Source: a virus (lineage: Duplodnaviria; Caudoviricetes). From it: a stretch of DNA of 26,913 nt. Numbering within the stretch: position 1 is the stretch's first letter; the number at the start of each line of letters is the position of its first letter. The position numbers were made by a program, and so were the translations under genes. This document shows positions 7,796 through 15,635 of the stretch, piece after piece. The stretch spans positions 1-26,913 of IMG/VR virus record IMGVR_UViG_3300043270_000042, one strand, 5' to 3'. A model generated the notes under the pieces. It made no database searches. It saw nothing but the letters and a program-made list of their open reading frames with translations, and was not told the DNA's origin.

Positions 7796-8086
7796 GTAGT
7801 TGGCGCGGTGCAGGCGGCAAAGTTTCAGCGCGTGCCACTGGCCGACTTGACGAACCCGCAGAAGCGCGGACCGCTGATGACCTACCAAGACCACTGGTGG
7901 GCTGTGGACGACGAGGGCAACGCGTTCTTCTACGAGGGCAAGACGTATTCGCCGCAGTGCAACACGAACCGACTGATCGTGGAGCGACACCTTGCGATGG
8001 GGCTGGCAACACGCGCTGGGGCTGATGCCGCAGGCAGTCCGCTAGAACAAAGTGTTCGGCTTCACCTGACCAGAGCGAAAGAATGA
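7745..8086 (+). CDS. Hypothetical protein with chimeric C-terminus
   Basis: AGGAG 7733-7737 then ATG 7745, both inside site D; core YQDHWWAVDDEGNAFFY...SPQCNTN; tail runs through a 33-bp repeat and half-site E. Confidence 0.65.
   Translation: MEQTSPPTAVGSNAGLGVVGAVQAAKFQRVPLADLTNPQKRGPLMTYQDHWWAVDDEGNAFFYEGKTYSPQCNTNRLIVERHLAMGLATRAGADAAGSPLEQSVRLHLTRAKE
8001..8033 (+). repeat. 33-bp direct repeat of 4521-4553 (1 mismatch)
   Basis: GGCTGGCA[A/G]CACGCGCTGGGGCTGATGCCGCAG at both positions. Confidence 0.95.
8026..8060 (-). other. attC-like half-site E (R''-L'' arm only)
   Basis: Minus strand GCCGAAC-ACTTT-GTT[C]TAGCGG[A]CTGCCTGCGGCA, same geometry as sites C and D; partner arm replaced by the 33-bp repeat. 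Confidence 0.7.
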
Positions 8087-8745
8087 TTGCGCTGAGCATC
8101 CGCCAGCCTTGGGCGAGTTTGATCCTGAACGCCGGCAAGGACATTGAGAACCGCGACTGGCCGACCAAGTACCGTGGGCGCATCCTGATTCACGCGGCCA
8201 AGGGTTGTACGCGCATGGAGTTCGATGACGCCATCCAGTTTGCAGAGGGCTGCATTCAACGGCCGATCACTGCCGACTTGGACACCATTCCGCGCGGCGG
8301 CATCGTGGGCAGCGTCGAGATCGTGGACTGTGTAGCCGACAGCCAATCGCCTTGGTTTGTGGGCCGCTACGGCTTCGTGCTGCGCGACCCAAAGCCGCTG
8401 CCGTTCACGCCGTGCAAAGGGCGGCTCGGGTTCTTTGACGTGCCTGCCGAGGCGCTTGCTACGGCGGTCGCCCACGCAGATCAGCTCGGCCTGCCTGTTG
8501 GGCGGCTCACGCGCGGACAGCGGCGCTACCTCGCAAAGTCCGAGTGCGTGTTTTGCGAGTACTCGCTGGCCAAGTCACGTTGCGGGTCGATCTACGGTCC
8601 AAGGTGCAGCGAGGAGCTGATGGCGCAACGCCGCGCCGAGTGCCTGAAAGCCTACAAGCCGCGCTCGCCTATCCCTGACAAGAGCCCGGCATGTACCGCG
8701 TCGGCATCGGATTCACCGCCGCCGGCCCGCAACGCCACGCCGTAA
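8083..8745 (+). CDS. ASCH domain protein with Cys-rich C-terminal extension
   Basis: [54 protein letters not shown]; extension CVFC...C...C. Confidence 0.9.
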   Translation: MIALSIRQPWASLILNAGKDIENRDWPTKYRGRILIHAAKGCTRMEFDDAIQFAEGCIQRPITADLDTIPRGGIVGSVEIVDCVADSQSPWFVGRYGFVLRDPKPLPFTPCKGRLGFFDVPAEALATAVAHADQLGLPVGRLTRGQRRYLAKSECVFCEYSLAKSRCGSIYGPRCSEELMAQRRAECLKAYKPRSPIPDKSPACTASASDSPPPARNATP

Positions 8746-9157
8746 TCACACCACCGCCGGCCGTCGTGCCCACCAGCGGCGCCGGCGGCGCGGCGTCGTC
8801 GAAGGGCACCAGGCTGATGGCGTTGGCCGTGGCAGTCACCGCGCCGCCCAGCGTGGCTGGGTTGCCAACGATCGTGATCACGCCGTTGGCATCGACGCTG
8901 CCCGACGCCACGTAGCGCGTCGCCGCAAAGCTGCACACGCCCGGCAGTTGCGCGCTGATGTCCGGTGCGCTGGCGGACTGCACCGTCTCCGAGATGGTGG
9001 TGCGGCAGCTCGACGCGGCAAGCATCAGCTCGCTCACCTTGCTGCGTACGGTGTAGTCCTGATACGCCGGCAGTGCAATGGCGGCCAGGATGCCGATGAT
9101 GGCCACGACGATCATCAGCTCGATGAGCGTGAAGCCGGCCTGCTTGATGCGGTTCAT
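8669..9157 (-). CDS. pilA: Type IVa major pilin (prepilin), 162 aa
   Basis: MNRIKQAG|[35 protein letters not shown]; C-terminal D-region WRCG...YMPGSC; GGAG upstream; ATGA overlap with upstream gene. Confidence 0.95.
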   Translation of the reverse strand: MNRIKQAGFTLIELMIVVAIIGILAAIALPAYQDYTVRSKVSELMLAASSCRTTISETVQSASAPDISAQLPGVCSFAATRYVASGSVDANGVITIVGNPATLGGAVTATANAISLVPFDDAAPPAPLVGTTAGGGVITAWRCGPAAVNPMPTRYMPGSCQG

Positions 9158-9363
9158 GGTGCGTTGCTCCGGGCATGGTGTGCCGCCTGAAGTAGCTCTG
9201 CGCAGGCCGCGGCGGTGATTCGGTCTGCAGGTTGTTGAATGCAATGGACGCGCGCTGCGGCCTGCATCCGCGCCAAGTGCGGGCGCGGCGCGTGCACGAG
9301 CGCGGCGAGCAGTGTGAGCACGGCGCACGCGACGATGATCTGAAGGTGGTGCAGGCGCATCAC
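9154..9363 (-). CDS. Small membrane-anchored or secreted protein between endolysin and pilin
   Basis: [25 protein letters not shown]...C..C; overlaps the endolysin stop and the pilin start. Confidence 0.6.
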   Translation of the reverse strand: MMRLHHLQIIVACAVLTLLAALVHAPRPHLARMQAAARVHCIQQPADRITAAACAELLQAAHHARSNAP

Positions 9364-9932
9364 AAGGCCTCTCCTGCCGCGTCCGCCACCGCCCGCACCG
9401 CCTGAGCGTACAGAGCCGGCCAAGTCAGCGGGTGCGGCTTGCCGGGGCGCCACGTCTCAAGGTAGTAGTGCCAGGCGCGGTAGGTCTCGCCCACGGCCGG
9501 CAGCGCCTTGGGGTGCGTCCAGAGCAGCAGCCGTGCCACACCGGCGGCGAGCACGTCGTCGTGCTCGATCTGCTGCCAAATCGGGCCGGGATCGAACGCC
9601 ACGTCCCGGTCGCGGCACAGCAGCCGCAGCAACTCGCTTGACGCGCGATGCAGATACACGCCCCACACGCCGCCACGGCTGCTCTTCGTGCCGCGCTCGA
9701 ATTGCCAATAGCCGCGCGCCGGCCCGTCGCCGAGCTGGCGCCGGTAGAGGAAGCGGCTTTCTTGCAGGCCGATCGCCAGCAGCATCACCCGAGCGGCCGG
9801 CGTGTCCATATGCGCGGGTAGCCGGCCCAGCGCCGGGCCGACCATGCGATTCAGCACATCGGCCAGCGTTGGGGGCAAATCGCCTCCAGGCGCCCCGCTC
9901 AGGTTAACGTTGTGGGGTGGGGTAGGGTTCAT
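9360..9932 (-). CDS. Putative endolysin, lysozyme-like fold
   Basis: [55 protein letters not shown]; adjacent to spanins. Confidence 0.8.
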   Translation of the reverse strand: MNPTPPHNVNLSGAPGGDLPPTLADVLNRMVGPALGRLPAHMDTPAARVMLLAIGLQESRFLYRRQLGDGPARGYWQFERGTKSSRGGVWGVYLHRASSELLRLLCRDRDVAFDPGPIWQQIEHDDVLAAGVARLLLWTHPKALPAVGETYRAWHYYLETWRPGKPHPLTWPALYAQAVRAVADAAGEAL

Positions 9933-10435
9933 GGTTTCAGCGCCCCGTAGGCCCGCTCGCAGGCCGCGCCGGCGGCACCGCGGGCGTCTGCAAGGGCAGC
10001 AAGCTCTCGACCTCGCGCCTCCAGCCGTCCAGACACGTCGGCAAGCACCAGTCCGGCGGTGCCGGCTGCCGCGCTTGCGCCGGCAGCGGCGGGATCTGTG
10101 CGGGCGCTACCACAACGGGCGGCGGCGGCTGCCACGCGCTGGCGCAGCCGCTCAGCAGCAGCATCGGCAGCAGCGCGCGCGTCGCGCGCCTCGGCAATGC
10201 GTTGGTCGGCGTCATCGGCAATCTCCTGGACGGCCCGCGCGCGGCGGGCGGATTCGGCCTGCGTCTCGGCCTGTGCGAGCTCGGCGGCACGGATCAGCCG
10301 CGCGCGCTCGGCCAGCCACGCGGCCTGCGTCCTAGCTTGGCCGCGCGCCACGCCGATGCTGTAGGCCCACCACAACGCGCCCGCAGCAGCGGCGATCACG
10401 AGAGCAGCGGCGATGAGGCGGGCTTGCAGCATCAC
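9929..10435 (-). CDS. Inner-membrane spanin (Rz-like, DUF2514 type)
   Basis: N-terminal transmembrane helix, Ala-rich coiled coil, C-terminal ADARGAAGAACERAY. Confidence 0.85.
   Translation of the reverse strand: MMLQARLIAAALVIAAAAGALWWAYSIGVARGQARTQAAWLAERARLIRAAELAQAETQAESARRARAVQEIADDADQRIAEARDARAAADAAAERLRQRVAAAAARCGSARTDPAAAGASAAAGTAGLVLADVSGRLEARGRELAALADARGAAGAACERAYGALKP
9937..10215 (-). CDS. Outer-membrane spanin lipoprotein (Rz1-like), nested in Rz
   Basis: Lipobox LLLSGC followed by a Pro-rich body and WCLPTC, in an alternative frame inside Rz. Confidence 0.8.
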   Translation of the reverse strand: MTPTNALPRRATRALLPMLLLSGCASAWQPPPPVVVAPAQIPPLPAQARQPAPPDWCLPTCLDGWRREVESLLPLQTPAVPPARPASGPTGR

Positions 10436-10566
10436 AGGTCGCTGTCGTCCGGTGGCGGCCCAGGCGGCCTCTCGCGGTTAATCTGCACCAGGCACAGCGC
10501 GGCCACGGTGGCGGCAACGCACGCCACAGCCACGCTCATCGCCAGCAGCAGGCAGCTCGCGCTCAT
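10432..10566 (-). CDS. 44-aa single-transmembrane protein
   Basis: MSASCLLLAMSVAVACVAATVAALCLVQINRERPPGPPPDDSDL; 4-bp overlaps at both ends. Confidence 0.6.
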   Translation of the reverse strand: MSASCLLLAMSVAVACVAATVAALCLVQINRERPPGPPPDDSDL

Positions 10567-10814
10567 GCAAACGCCACCATCGCCTGGTCGTGCATGCGCT
10601 GCAGCGCCGACTCGGCGATCGCGCACTCCACGTCCGTCATCTCGCGCCAGTGTTCCGGGTCTTCCTCGGCGAGCACGCGGCTTTTCACGCGCGGCATGAA
10701 CTCGATCTCCACGAAGCGCATGCCAGGAAGCCGCGGGCACGCGGTGAAGTGCAGCACCACGTTGCCGCACGTCGCGCTGCCGGTGCCGTTGCGAAACCAC
10801 AGAAAGCGGTGCAT
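10563..10814 (-). CDS. Hypothetical protein, 83 aa
   Basis: MHRFLWFRNGTGSATCGNVVLHF...WREMTDVEC; overlaps both neighbours. Confidence 0.65.
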   Translation of the reverse strand: MHRFLWFRNGTGSATCGNVVLHFTACPRLPGMRFVEIEFMPRVKSRVLAEEDPEHWREMTDVECAIAESALQRMHDQAMVAFA

Positions 10815-11377
10815 CAGGTGGCGTCCTTGTCGTCGTCGTCGGTTGCGGCAGCCGGCGGCACCGTCGCCGGCTCGTCCATCCATCGCTGCAGGTACTGCTC
10901 GCGCAGCGCGGCGCGCTCGGCGGGCCAGCGATAGCACAGCACATGCCGTTGCTCCACCGGCAGCAGTTGCACCGGCTGCCCCGGCAGCGCGGCGAGCACG
11001 ATCGCGCGGCGCTGATCGTCGGCGCCGGCCATCAGGCCCACCCAGGGCAGGCCGCGGCGGTGCACGACCACCAGCGCACCGATTGCGGGCGAGGCGCTGT
11101 TGATTCCCCATTCGAGCCACGAGCGCAGCAGCCACCAGCGCGCAGGCGGCGCCAGTCCAGCGCTCAGCAGCGCGTGCGTGACCAGCCGCCCGTCGTGCAC
11201 CGTGGCCGCGTCGCCCCACCAGGCGCACAGCGCCGGCAGCCACAGCGCGTAGCGCGGCGCACGCGGCATGTCGTCGTCCGGCACGCGCCCAGTGCGCAGC
11301 GCAAACGCATGCTGCAGCCACACCGGCTGATGCTGCAGCGTCAGCGCCATGCGATTGTCTTCGAAGTGGCCGATCAT
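10814..11377 (-). CDS. TIGR02594-like NlpC/P60 protein lacking catalytic residues
   Basis: PVWLQHA, LLSAGL..P, RSWLEWG, PAIGALVVVHR, VLCYRWP match the family scaffold; the expected PWC and GHVGF motifs are absent. Confidence 0.6.
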   Translation of the reverse strand: MIGHFEDNRMALTLQHQPVWLQHAFALRTGRVPDDDMPRAPRYALWLPALCAWWGDAATVHDGRLVTHALLSAGLAPPARWWLLRSWLEWGINSASPAIGALVVVHRRGLPWVGLMAGADDQRRAIVLAALPGQPVQLLPVEQRHVLCYRWPAERAALREQYLQRWMDEPATVPPAAATDDDDKDAT

Positions 11378-11793
11378 GGATGAGACGGCGGCAGCGCGCC
11401 GAAGTTCGTTTCCATGTGCGGCATCCAATCGCTGTCCGGTACTCCCGCGGCCTTGAGCCTGCGGCGCATGCGCTCCAGGTCACGCTGCGCCATGCGCAAC
11501 TCGCTCTGCGTCTGCACGAGCAGCGTGTAGTGCTGCCGCTCGCCGGCCTCGGCCCGGTCGGCGCGCTCGTCGGCCGCGAGCATCTGCGCGCGCAGCCGGT
11601 CGTTGTCCTTGCGCAAGTCCTCCAGCGCGTTCGCTGCGGCGGCGTTTTGCTTGACCTCCAGCTCGGTGCCACTGTCAGCGCGACGGAATTTGAGCCACCA
11701 CGCGGCGGCGCCGGTGGCGGCCAGGCCCAGGCCCGAGACGACGTAGGCAGCGTTTTCGGCAAGGCGCGACAAGAGGGAGGGCTCGGTGGTCAT
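11374..11793 (-). CDS. Putative holin-like protein (one transmembrane helix plus coiled coil)
   Basis: First gene after the tail genes; AAYVVSGLGLAATGAAAWWL then coiled coil. Function inferred from position only. Confidence 0.5.
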   Translation of the reverse strand: MTTEPSLLSRLAENAAYVVSGLGLAATGAAAWWLKFRRADSGTELEVKQNAAAANALEDLRKDNDRLRAQMLAADERADRAEAGERQHYTLLVQTQSELRMAQRDLERMRRRLKAAGVPDSDWMPHMETNFGALPPSHP

Positions 11794-11799
11794 CGCTTG

Positions 11800-12681
11800 T
11801 TACCAAAAAAGCAAGACGCGACCGTTCGCGCCTGCAGAGCGTTGGGCGCCGCCGTCACCGGCCCCGGCCCTGTTGCTGTCGCCACTGTTTCCTGCCGATG
11901 TGCCGGAACCGCTGAACGTTGATGCGCTGCTTGCGCTGCCCAAGTAAGACGAGCCGCCGCCCCCACCGCTGCCGCCAGTGGATGTGCCGCCGCCGCCACC
12001 CCCACCGTAGTAACCACTGCCGCCGCCGCCGCCCGCCCCATCGGTGCCGCCGCCGTTACCGCCACTGAAGGACGAGCCCGCTGTGGCAGACGTAGCGCCG
12101 TGCTGACCAGCATCGCCTCCGGCGGTGGATGTGCCGCCGCCGCCGTAGCCGCCGCCGCTGCCATTCACACCGTCGCCACCCGTCGTGCCTCCACCGACGC
12201 CGCCAATGCCGCTCGTGTTCGTAGAGCCGCCTCCGCCACCACCGGCGGCGGTTGCCAGCTCGGCGCTGCCTCGACGGATGGCTGAGCGTCCGCCGCCACC
12301 ACCCCCGGACTGGTTGCCGCCGCCGTGCCCAGCGCCGCCGCCACCGTAACCGCCTGCGCTGACACCGCCAACTGATGACACCTGGCCGCCTCCACCGACG
12401 ACGATCGTCAGCGTTTCTCCTGGCGTCACCGACAGCACGCCGGTGACGTAGCCAGCGCCACCTCCGGCTGCGGCGTCCATCAGCGCGATGGGCTGCCGCG
12501 AACCGCCAGCGCCACCTCCGCCCCACATTTGAAACGTAATGGCAGTGATGCCCGCCGGTACGACAAATGCTTGGTCGCTGCCGGTGTATGTGAAAATTTC
12601 GTTGGGCAACACACCGCCAGCAGGACGCATTGCGCCGATGCCACCAGGCAAAAGAAAAAAGCCTTGCTCGCTGCGTCTCAT
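11800..12681 (-). CDS. Glycine-rich domain virion protein or adhesin
   Basis: FTYTGSDQAFVVPAGITAITFQMWGGGGAGG, LSVTPGETLTIVVGGGG, SGYYGGGGGG, GANGRVLLFW. Confidence 0.85.
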   Translation of the reverse strand: MRRSEQGFFLLPGGIGAMRPAGGVLPNEIFTYTGSDQAFVVPAGITAITFQMWGGGGAGGSRQPIALMDAAAGGGAGYVTGVLSVTPGETLTIVVGGGGQVSSVGGVSAGGYGGGGAGHGGGNQSGGGGGGRSAIRRGSAELATAAGGGGGGSTNTSGIGGVGGGTTGGDGVNGSGGGYGGGGTSTAGGDAGQHGATSATAGSSFSGGNGGGTDGAGGGGGSGYYGGGGGGGTSTGGSGGGGGSSYLGSASSASTFSGSGTSAGNSGDSNRAGAGDGGAQRSAGANGRVLLFW

Positions 12682-15635
12682 GCGTCACCCTGTGCGATGC
12701 GGATGCTCTGGATACTGCCTTGGTAAAGCACGCCGCCCGTAAACTCCGCCGAGACGTAGATTGACACCTGCGTAATTGGGTTCGTTGGCGGAAATGCGTT
12801 CAGCACGCCGACCTGTTCTCCGTTCAGCAACGCGACCGCGGTCACTCCATCAGCGTTGAAGCGCAGGCGCAGTGTGTGAGACACGCCTGCAGCGATGTCC
12901 GCGACGACAACCTCACTGCCGGACGTGTCGGTAAACACCGCATTGACCTCGCTACTGTTGCTGCGCGATGTCTCAAGCCGCAACTGCACGAACTGGCCGC
13001 CGTCGTTTCCGTACACGCGAAAAAATTCGCCTTCGGGCAAATTGAGCGCGGGCCGCGTGGCAATCATTTCGATGTAGAACGGCAATCGCGGCGCGACGGA
13101 AAACCCGGTGCCGTAGGCAAACACCTCCTGACCCTGGGCCGAGCCGCCGGTCACCGCCATTGTGCCAATGCCCCACGTAAAGCCAGCGGGCGCGATGTCG
13201 GGGGTATGAAACTGCAGCAGTCCGCTTCCGTTAAAGTCGTCAAACAGCAGCACTTGGGACGCAACGCTGACCGCGCAGTCCGGCAACGTATCCTGCGCGA
13301 TCCACCGCGCATCGGCCGTATGCACGCGGTCGTCTTCCAACACCAGCCGCAGCCCGATCCTGCGTTCCGCGCTGGGCGAGATGGCGCGCACCTTGGCGAG
13401 CGCGCCGACCGCAGACACTTGGCCGAAAACAAAGCGCGTGCGCTCGCGGTCGGCCGCGCTCGTAATGGGCGTGAACCCCGGGTCACTGCCAAGCACCACT
13501 GTGTAGTCGTCCGCGCCGCGCGTCGCAGCAATCGCTTGCGTCAGCCCGCCGGTGGGCTTGACCAGACGCAACGCATGCGATCCGTCGCTCCACGTCAGCG
13601 GCTCCGTCGTGGTGAGCGTGAGCGTGCCAGCGCTCCACGTCACAACGTCGCCAGTCTCGCCAAAGTTGCCCACGTCGTGCTGAAACACCACGAGGTTGTA
13701 GGGCGCGGGCAGTTGTCCGTCGAGTTCCGCGTCGAGCTCAACGTCGACGTTGCGGAAGTACCGATCGGCCAGCGTGTACGCCGCCATGCGGCAGGCGTGG
13801 TTGAAGCCGATCACGCCGTCAAATCGCAGCCGCCCGCGGCGGTTGATGTCCGGCGGTGGGTAGCCCGCAGCGGCACGCTCTATGTCGGTGCGGTACACCT
13901 GGATCACGCCATCCACAATCTGCGCCGTCACCACGTCGTACAGCTGGCGCTGCGGATCCCAATACTCGACGTCCAGTGTGCTCACCGACTCGCTCGACGG
14001 CAGCGTGGGCTTGATGCGCACCGAGCCGCGCACGATGTTGCGCATGCCGTAGGCGGCCACGGGCATCGTCTGCAGGCTGTCGCGAACTACGGTGTAGCGG
14101 CTACCGCGCATCAGTGGGGCCGCGCGGCCCACGCGCGCGATGGTCGTGATGGCGTCCCAAGTGCTGATCTGCTGCGCGAACTTGTAGTCAAAGCTGTCGT
14201 ACCGCGCCTCCCACACCGCCGCCAGGGCGAGCAGCGACGCCAGGTCAATGTTTTCGTCCGCAGTCCCGCGCGAGCGCAGCACCTGCGCGATAGCCCAAGC
14301 TGGACTGCGCGTGATCTCGGGCGCCGACCACGCGCTGCCGCTCCACTTTGGCAGCATGCGGTAGCAGCGAACGCGAAAGCGCAGCGAGCCGTTGATCTGC
14401 CCGGTGGCCCGCAGGCGCACCGCCACCATGGTTAGGTCGGGCACGTTCACTTGCACGCCCACAAGCCGCGCGCGGATGGCAAGCAGGCTGAGCACGTCGA
14501 TGCTCTGTAGGTTGTCTTCGTCGGTCTCGTCCGTGCGAATGGTGCGCACTTGATACCGACCTGCTGGCACAACATAGTCGTGCGGATAGCGCAGAGGCAC
14601 GCTGGTCTCGCGCGTTGTGGTGTGGCTTCCAAGCTCAAACCACGCGCCGACAGGCCTGTCGTCGTCGTCGATCAACTGCGCTTCATGCCGCCAGCGCATG
14701 CGCACCTCGCGCGTCATGCCTTGCGGCTGGATCAGATCGATGCCGATGGCGTCAAGTGTTCTTCCGCGCGGGCACAGCACCCAAGGGCCAGTGAAGTTGC
14801 CAGGCCGCATCTCAACCATTACCGCGTCTTGGTGCGTGATCCAGCGCGGATCGACCAGCGTCTGATCGGTGACGTTTTCCACGCCCGCGCCGGGACCGTC
14901 AAGCGCGGATTGACCGGGGCCAATGCGCACGATCTCGACATCATCGAAGCTCATGATGTCCGTGTCGCCGATTGAAACGCGGCAGATGTGATGCTGCCCG
15001 GCGCCCACGCTCAGCAGCAGGTGCAGCCACTGATCAACGCCGCGAGCTGTGATCACTGTGGGTTCGGTTTGCGTGGCGGTGCCGTGAAAGCTGTACGGCT
15101 GCGCTGCCAGGTCAGGAAAGCTGTCGTCGTACCCAAAGATGTCCGGGATCGGCTGGCCCAGGCGCGCCTGGTTGTTCGCGGCCTGCGCGGTGTAGGTCTG
15201 CCGCCCCGCGTCTGGCGTCTGGATCGGCACGAGGTTGGCTATGAGCGCGTTGGCGCCAAGCGCCAGGCCGGCGCGGAACAGACTGGCGCCAAGCCCGCCG
15301 CCAAGACCGCCGGTCAAAGAGTTGATGGCAATCAGCGCCGCAATCTGCAGCACTGCGCGCAGTGACCCACCGCCGTCGCGTCCACCGCCCTGTGGCAAGC
15401 GCCGCCACCGCACTACCGAGCCGGGAGGCGGCATGTGGTGCCACAGGGCGCGCGGGATGCAACGGTCATCGACCATGCACACCCAGGCCCCTGGCTCTGC
15501 GGGCGCCATTTCGGCCAGCGTCTCGTCGTCTCGCGCGGCACGGCAACGGGCTGGGTCGATGAGCGTGTCGAACGCGTCGGCGCAGACAACGACGGTGGCC
15601 GCGCGCAGGTCACGCTGCACTACACCGCCCTCCAC
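12678..15635 (-). CDS. Tail tip / host-specificity protein J (TipJ family) with fused gpI-like N-terminus
   Basis: RRLPQGG, NQARLGQPIPDIFG, FPDLAAQPY, VRLRATGQING, TRSPAWAIA, IDLASLLAL, IARVGRA; 985 aa; follows the K-like gene. Confidence 0.9.
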   Translation of the reverse strand: MEGGVVQRDLRAATVVVCADAFDTLIDPARCRAARDDETLAEMAPAEPGAWVCMVDDRCIPRALWHHMPPPGSVVRWRRLPQGGGRDGGGSLRAVLQIAALIAINSLTGGLGGGLGASLFRAGLALGANALIANLVPIQTPDAGRQTYTAQAANNQARLGQPIPDIFGYDDSFPDLAAQPYSFHGTATQTEPTVITARGVDQWLHLLLSVGAGQHHICRVSIGDTDIMSFDDVEIVRIGPGQSALDGPGAGVENVTDQTLVDPRWITHQDAVMVEMRPGNFTGPWVLCPRGRTLDAIGIDLIQPQGMTREVRMRWRHEAQLIDDDDRPVGAWFELGSHTTTRETSVPLRYPHDYVVPAGRYQVRTIRTDETDEDNLQSIDVLSLLAIRARLVGVQVNVPDLTMVAVRLRATGQINGSLRFRVRCYRMLPKWSGSAWSAPEITRSPAWAIAQVLRSRGTADENIDLASLLALAAVWEARYDSFDYKFAQQISTWDAITTIARVGRAAPLMRGSRYTVVRDSLQTMPVAAYGMRNIVRGSVRIKPTLPSSESVSTLDVEYWDPQRQLYDVVTAQIVDGVIQVYRTDIERAAAGYPPPDINRRGRLRFDGVIGFNHACRMAAYTLADRYFRNVDVELDAELDGQLPAPYNLVVFQHDVGNFGETGDVVTWSAGTLTLTTTEPLTWSDGSHALRLVKPTGGLTQAIAATRGADDYTVVLGSDPGFTPITSAADRERTRFVFGQVSAVGALAKVRAISPSAERRIGLRLVLEDDRVHTADARWIAQDTLPDCAVSVASQVLLFDDFNGSGLLQFHTPDIAPAGFTWGIGTMAVTGGSAQGQEVFAYGTGFSVAPRLPFYIEMIATRPALNLPEGEFFRVYGNDGGQFVQLRLETSRSNSSEVNAVFTDTSGSEVVVADIAAGVSHTLRLRFNADGVTAVALLNGEQVGVLNAFPPTNPITQVSIYVSAEFTGGVLYQGSIQSIRIAQGDA

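Noticed and set aside
4521-8033. 33-bp repeat pair as DGR template/variable repeat or as attL/attR
   Set aside because: Too short for a DGR, only one mismatch, no reverse transcriptase or integrase in the window, and one copy is ordinary methyltransferase coding sequence.
9158-9328. Long N-terminal extension of the pilin ORF in the track
   Set aside because: The typical short leader starts at ATG 9157 with an RBS, and the extension overlaps a better small ORF.
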